A stretch of 57,964 nt of DNA from an uncultured Alphaproteobacteria bacterium (GTDB lineage: Bacteria > Pseudomonadota > Alphaproteobacteria > Rs-D84 > CASDRH01), in the NCBI GenBank assembly GCA_963541805.1, contig CAUTVF010000001.1, positions 1 through 57,964 of the forward strand. The letters are read 5' to 3'. A program made the position numbers and the translations under genes. Shown here piece by piece: positions 57,236 to 57,964 of this stretch; the first letter of the stretch is position 1, and every line of letters starts with the position of its first letter. The notes under the pieces are model-generated. The model had not been told where the DNA came from. It saw nothing but the letters and a program-made list of their open reading frames with translations, and made no database searches.

Positions 57236-57964
57236 TTAAATGATGTTATTAATCAAATTATCGGCACGAACCTTCCAAACATTATTTGGATAATCAACGG
57301 ATAATTTATCATATATAATTTTACGAAAATCTGGTAAATTCATTGAAGTATATGTTTCAATTAATCTATACAATGCCTCTGGGACAAGTGCAGATTTATT
57401 ATATTTATCAATAACTATTTGAAAACTATTTATCGCTGCTGCAAAATTATTAATCCTCAATTCTTCTTTGCCAACTTGTAATTCTTTTGCAGCAAGTTGA
57501 TTATTTAACAACTCTATATTGGGCAATAATTCTTTAGTATATTCTGATTCAGGATAATTCTGTTTTAAATACTCAATTGATTTTAGCGCATCAACCGTTG
57601 CCATTTGATCTCTACGATAATCTGACATTTGTTTTAAATAACACTGAATTTGCAAATAATACGCATAACTAACATCAGAAGAATTTGGATTAATTCTCAA
57701 AAATTTATCGATCAAATCCAGCGCTTCATTGTACTTATCATCTTTGTAATATGCAAATGCCCCTTTTAATAATCCAACACTTGCAAGAGAGGAATATGGA
57801 TAATTTGTATCAATATTGGAATAAGCCTCTGCTGCGGTTGAATAATGCTCATCCTTAAATTCTTGCTCTCCAATTTTATAAATTTCCTCTGCAGATAATT
57901 TCGAATAATCTACATCACTGCTACAAGATGCAAGAATAGATATTACAACAAACCCACTAAATAA
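57236..57964 (-). CDS. bamD: Outer-membrane protein assembly factor BamD (N-terminus cut by window edge)
   Basis: Manual extension of the track ORF: the frame stays open to 57964 and reads ...LFSGFVVISILASCSSDVDYSKLSAEEIYKIGEQEF... with lipobox LASC, followed by TPR-like repeats. The track start at 57715 is an internal TTG. Confidence 0.75.
   Translation of the reverse strand, partial: LFSGFVVISILASCSSDVDYSKLSAEEIYKIGEQEFKDEHYSTAAEAYSNIDTNYPYSSLASVGLLKGAFAYYKDDKYNEALDLIDKFLRINPNSSDVSYAYYLQIQCYLKQMSDYRRDQMATVDALKSIEYLKQNYPESEYTKELLPNIELLNNQLAAKELQVGKEELRINNFAAAINSFQIVIDKYNKSALVPEALYRLIETYTSMNLPDFRKIIYDKLSVDYPNNVWKVRADNLINNII

Noticed and set aside
1-57964. CRISPR arrays, rRNA genes, IS elements or transposases, and long tandem repeats.
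   Set aside because: By eye there are no regularly spaced direct repeats, no 16S/23S/5S signatures, and no transposase- or integrase-like ORFs in the six-frame track.

Overview
This is a chromosomal segment of an AT-rich, compact alphaproteobacterial genome that looks like a Rickettsiales- or Holosporales-like intracellular bacterium. The lineage call rests on MipZ, the tilS-ftsH arrangement and the ribosomal operon order. No database search was possible, so every product call comes from motifs read in the translated ORFs plus synteny. Positions 796-17084 (minus strand) hold an uninterrupted str/S10/spc/alpha ribosomal super-operon, rpsL-rpsG-fusA-rpsJ...rplO-secY-rpsM-rpsK-rpoA-rplQ. It lacks tuf between fusA and rpsJ, and lacks adk, infA and rpmJ between secY and rpsM. 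The remainder mixes housekeeping genes with accessory material. Housekeeping genes are birA, murI, ftsH, tilS, infC, queH, pheST, rplT, rpmI, recO, rpmB, kpsF, murA, mrcA, mipZ and bamD, plus four tRNAs (Arg-CCG, Ser-GCU, Cys-GCA, Thr-GGU). The most interesting signal is a tandem array of three divergent paralogs of an unrecognised protein family at 20.5-22.7 kb, with tRNA-Ser embedded in it. Each paralog is a self-contained promoter-SD-ORF-terminator cassette. The same roughly 61-64 nt promoter/5'UTR/SD module also drives four other small orphan ORFs elsewhere in the window: an ankyrin protein, a 75-aa two-TM protein, and 73-aa and 87-aa proteins next to tRNA-Thr. Other accessory content includes an orphan VirD4/TraG-type type IV coupling protein, a TraT-like lipoprotein, an OmpR-type regulator with a degenerate receiver domain, a collapsed hsdS pseudogene and a RusA-like ORF. 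No CRISPR array, rRNA, transposase or integrase was seen. Two edge-truncated CDSs missing from the ORF track were recovered by hand: 1-719 and the bamD N-terminus at 57716-57964.
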